A DNA stretch of 64,000 bases from Welwitschia mirabilis (Eukaryota). The notes below the pieces were generated by a model. It saw only the letters and a program-made list of their open reading frames with translations. It had not been told where the DNA came from and ran no database searches. Within the stretch, counting starts at the first letter, position 1; every line of letters begins with the position of its first letter. Below, in pieces: positions 61,858 to 64,000 of the stretch. The stretch covers positions 16,166,988 to 16,230,987 of the forward strand of contig JBOZIK010000001.1 in NCBI GenBank assembly GCA_051453625.1, written 5' to 3'. The position numbers and the translations under genes are program-made.

Positions 61858-64000
61858 TTTTAATAATCCTGTCATCATGTTTTGAATGTTCCTGGGATGT
61901 TCTCCTTCTTGTATTCTTCCCTGTAAATTAGAAATTTTACTTTCTATAAGATACAGTGTTATATCATGATTGAAAAATATATAATTTTTTGCTAAAATTA
62001 TGAAATTTTAAAGGAAAATTAGACCCTTTTTTTTTTTTTTATTCTTTTCAAAATAGATACTAAGGAAATATATATTTTAAAAGTTTTTTCGGTTTTTTAT
62101 TATTATTACCTTTATTTCTTTAGATTCTATTTTTATTTTTAAAATTTTTTCTATTCTTATTTATTTATTCAACTTTTTTCCCTTAATCTATTTGTAAATC
62201 TTTATAAGCATCTAAGAGCTAATAATATTTTATTTTTTATTATATGACATTTTTTTCGGTTTTGTTTTGTCTAATTCAAAGTTAAAAAGTGGTGGAATGA
62301 GTGGTTCCTTAAACTCTTTTTCATCATGAGTCATGGGCGTCGCTTTTAGGATATCTATTTCTAGATGTAATTTTATATCATATTTTTTTATGTATTTTAT
62401 TTTCTGATGGCATAGAGAAATTACTATCTTTAAATTGTAAATCCAGATTTTTCATAGAATTAAATTAAATGAGGAACTGCTTCCAAGAACATGGAAATGC
62501 ATACAATGTATAATGTTTTCAATTTTTATGTTTAAATCAAGTATACCTAAATTGTACTTTGAATTATCACCCAACCATTATTTTAAAAACCTCTTTTTTA
62601 TTTAAAAACCTCTTTTTTATTCATTACTGGTGAATAAAATTTCTTGGTTAATATATAAGATTGATATGTTATTGGGAGAATGCATTTTTATGTCTTAATG
62701 CCCAAATTACTTATGGAATATTTTTGTAGTAGCTTGTTTAAGATTAAAATTGTGCAAATAGTTTTGTTTTATGTTGGATTTGAGACTTGAAACACTATTT
62801 TCTTGTCTATTTTCTAGAGTTTATGTAACCCATTATAAATCTAGTAAGGTTATCCTAATTCATATTAAAAGTGTTTTTAACCATAAAAATGACATAAGTC
62901 TTAGTATACATTTAGATGACAGCATTCTGTGATTAAGTATAAATATATTCTTTAAAACTCAAGTCTATTAGAAATGTAAAGTTCTTCATTGGAGGCATCT
63001 AGTAAGTAATCTAGATCAATTTCTCTTTTATTTTACATTATGACTTACACTATATACCTTCATTTCCAACAGTCATTAATGTCATGCTATTTAACTCAGT
63101 GATATTAATAATATTTATTTTAATTGTACCATTTCAGTTTAGGGGCATTTGGACTTTACTATTTTGGTGAATGTAGTTTAATTTCCCCTTCACTAAAGGA
63201 TAGTATGGATCCAAAAAAACACATATTTAGCTCTGTAAATTATCTTGTAGGTAATCGATTACTTTTGATAACTGATACTACTTTAAAGACTAGCATGTTA
63301 TCATTTGTTTTTGGGTTTGATTGACTTTTAAATGTTGTTTTTAATTCATCATTTTCTTTTTTACTAATTTTTATTTTATAGGTGAGGTTTAGAACTTGTT
63401 CAAATGATTCTAATTTTTGCGTTCTAACTTATTTTTAAACGTAGAATAGAAAAAGCTTTGAGAATAAGTAGCCATTTCTTTTTTAACAATATTAAATTTT
63501 AATTAAACGGCTAAGTTTTCTAACTTTTTTAAAAATTTAGTAATCAATTCATCTCATTTTTTTTTTATGTTAATTAACATTTCTAGTGAAACTGGTGAGG
63601 TAAAGTTCATTGAGTATTGATTTGAAAAGAACCTAAACATTTTGACTATTTTTGTAATTGAATGTGTAGTTCATTTGAGATATTGTTCAAGCTTTAACCC
63701 TTGTAAATATCTACAAAATAGGTGTAGGCTTATTTTTAAGTTAATTTGATGGAAGGAGCACTCATGTTTAAAGTTTTTAATGTGCATGATAGATTCTTTG
63801 GTTCCACTTAACATTTTGAATTTAAAGAGATTAGCAGGCAAAAGTTTCTTATAAGAAACTAGAGGATGTATGGGGAGTTGATTATATCATCTATTACCTT
63901 AGTTGTGGATTGTTTGACTGACTTTCTTAATTTGTCTTTAGCATGCCAAACTATAGTAAACATATTATATATTTGAATTAATTTGAATATGTTTAACTAT

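Noticed and set aside
60080-64000. Possible non-autonomous DNA transposon or gene in the right-hand AT-rich region
   Set aside because: No TIR/TSD pair, Helitron end or coding motif could be supported by eye.

Overview
AT-rich eukaryotic DNA, almost certainly plant, from a gapped draft scaffold. Roughly 1-57 kb is a nested stack of decayed transposable elements; no intact TE ORF survives. From left to right: (1) a Ty1/copia remnant (-) and a probable gypsy LTR. (2) Two diverged copies (A ~4990-14545; B ~14550-16218 plus 45906-~56835) of an unusual composite unit. Each has an Athila-type pol on +, followed by two unidentified ORF remnants, converging on a CRM/chromovirus-type gag-pol on - with a tRNA-Met PBS and an LTR. 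(3) A decayed CACTA element (16219-45905) that splits copy B. It contains an Athila-like element with three LTRs (-) and a pol-deleted Sirevirus-like copia element with an extra ORF (-). (4) Two TRIM insertions with perfect 5-bp TSDs inside the LTR of copy B. (5) A CpG-retaining island at ~57.4-58.9 kb carrying a small candidate host gene or pseudogene (-) with SSDLF(D/E)L-type motifs. (6) Microsatellites and unassigned AT-rich DNA. All calls come from manual translation and by-eye alignment; coordinates of decayed features are approximate and no database search was run. The most notable observation is the repeated two-RT convergent composite element.
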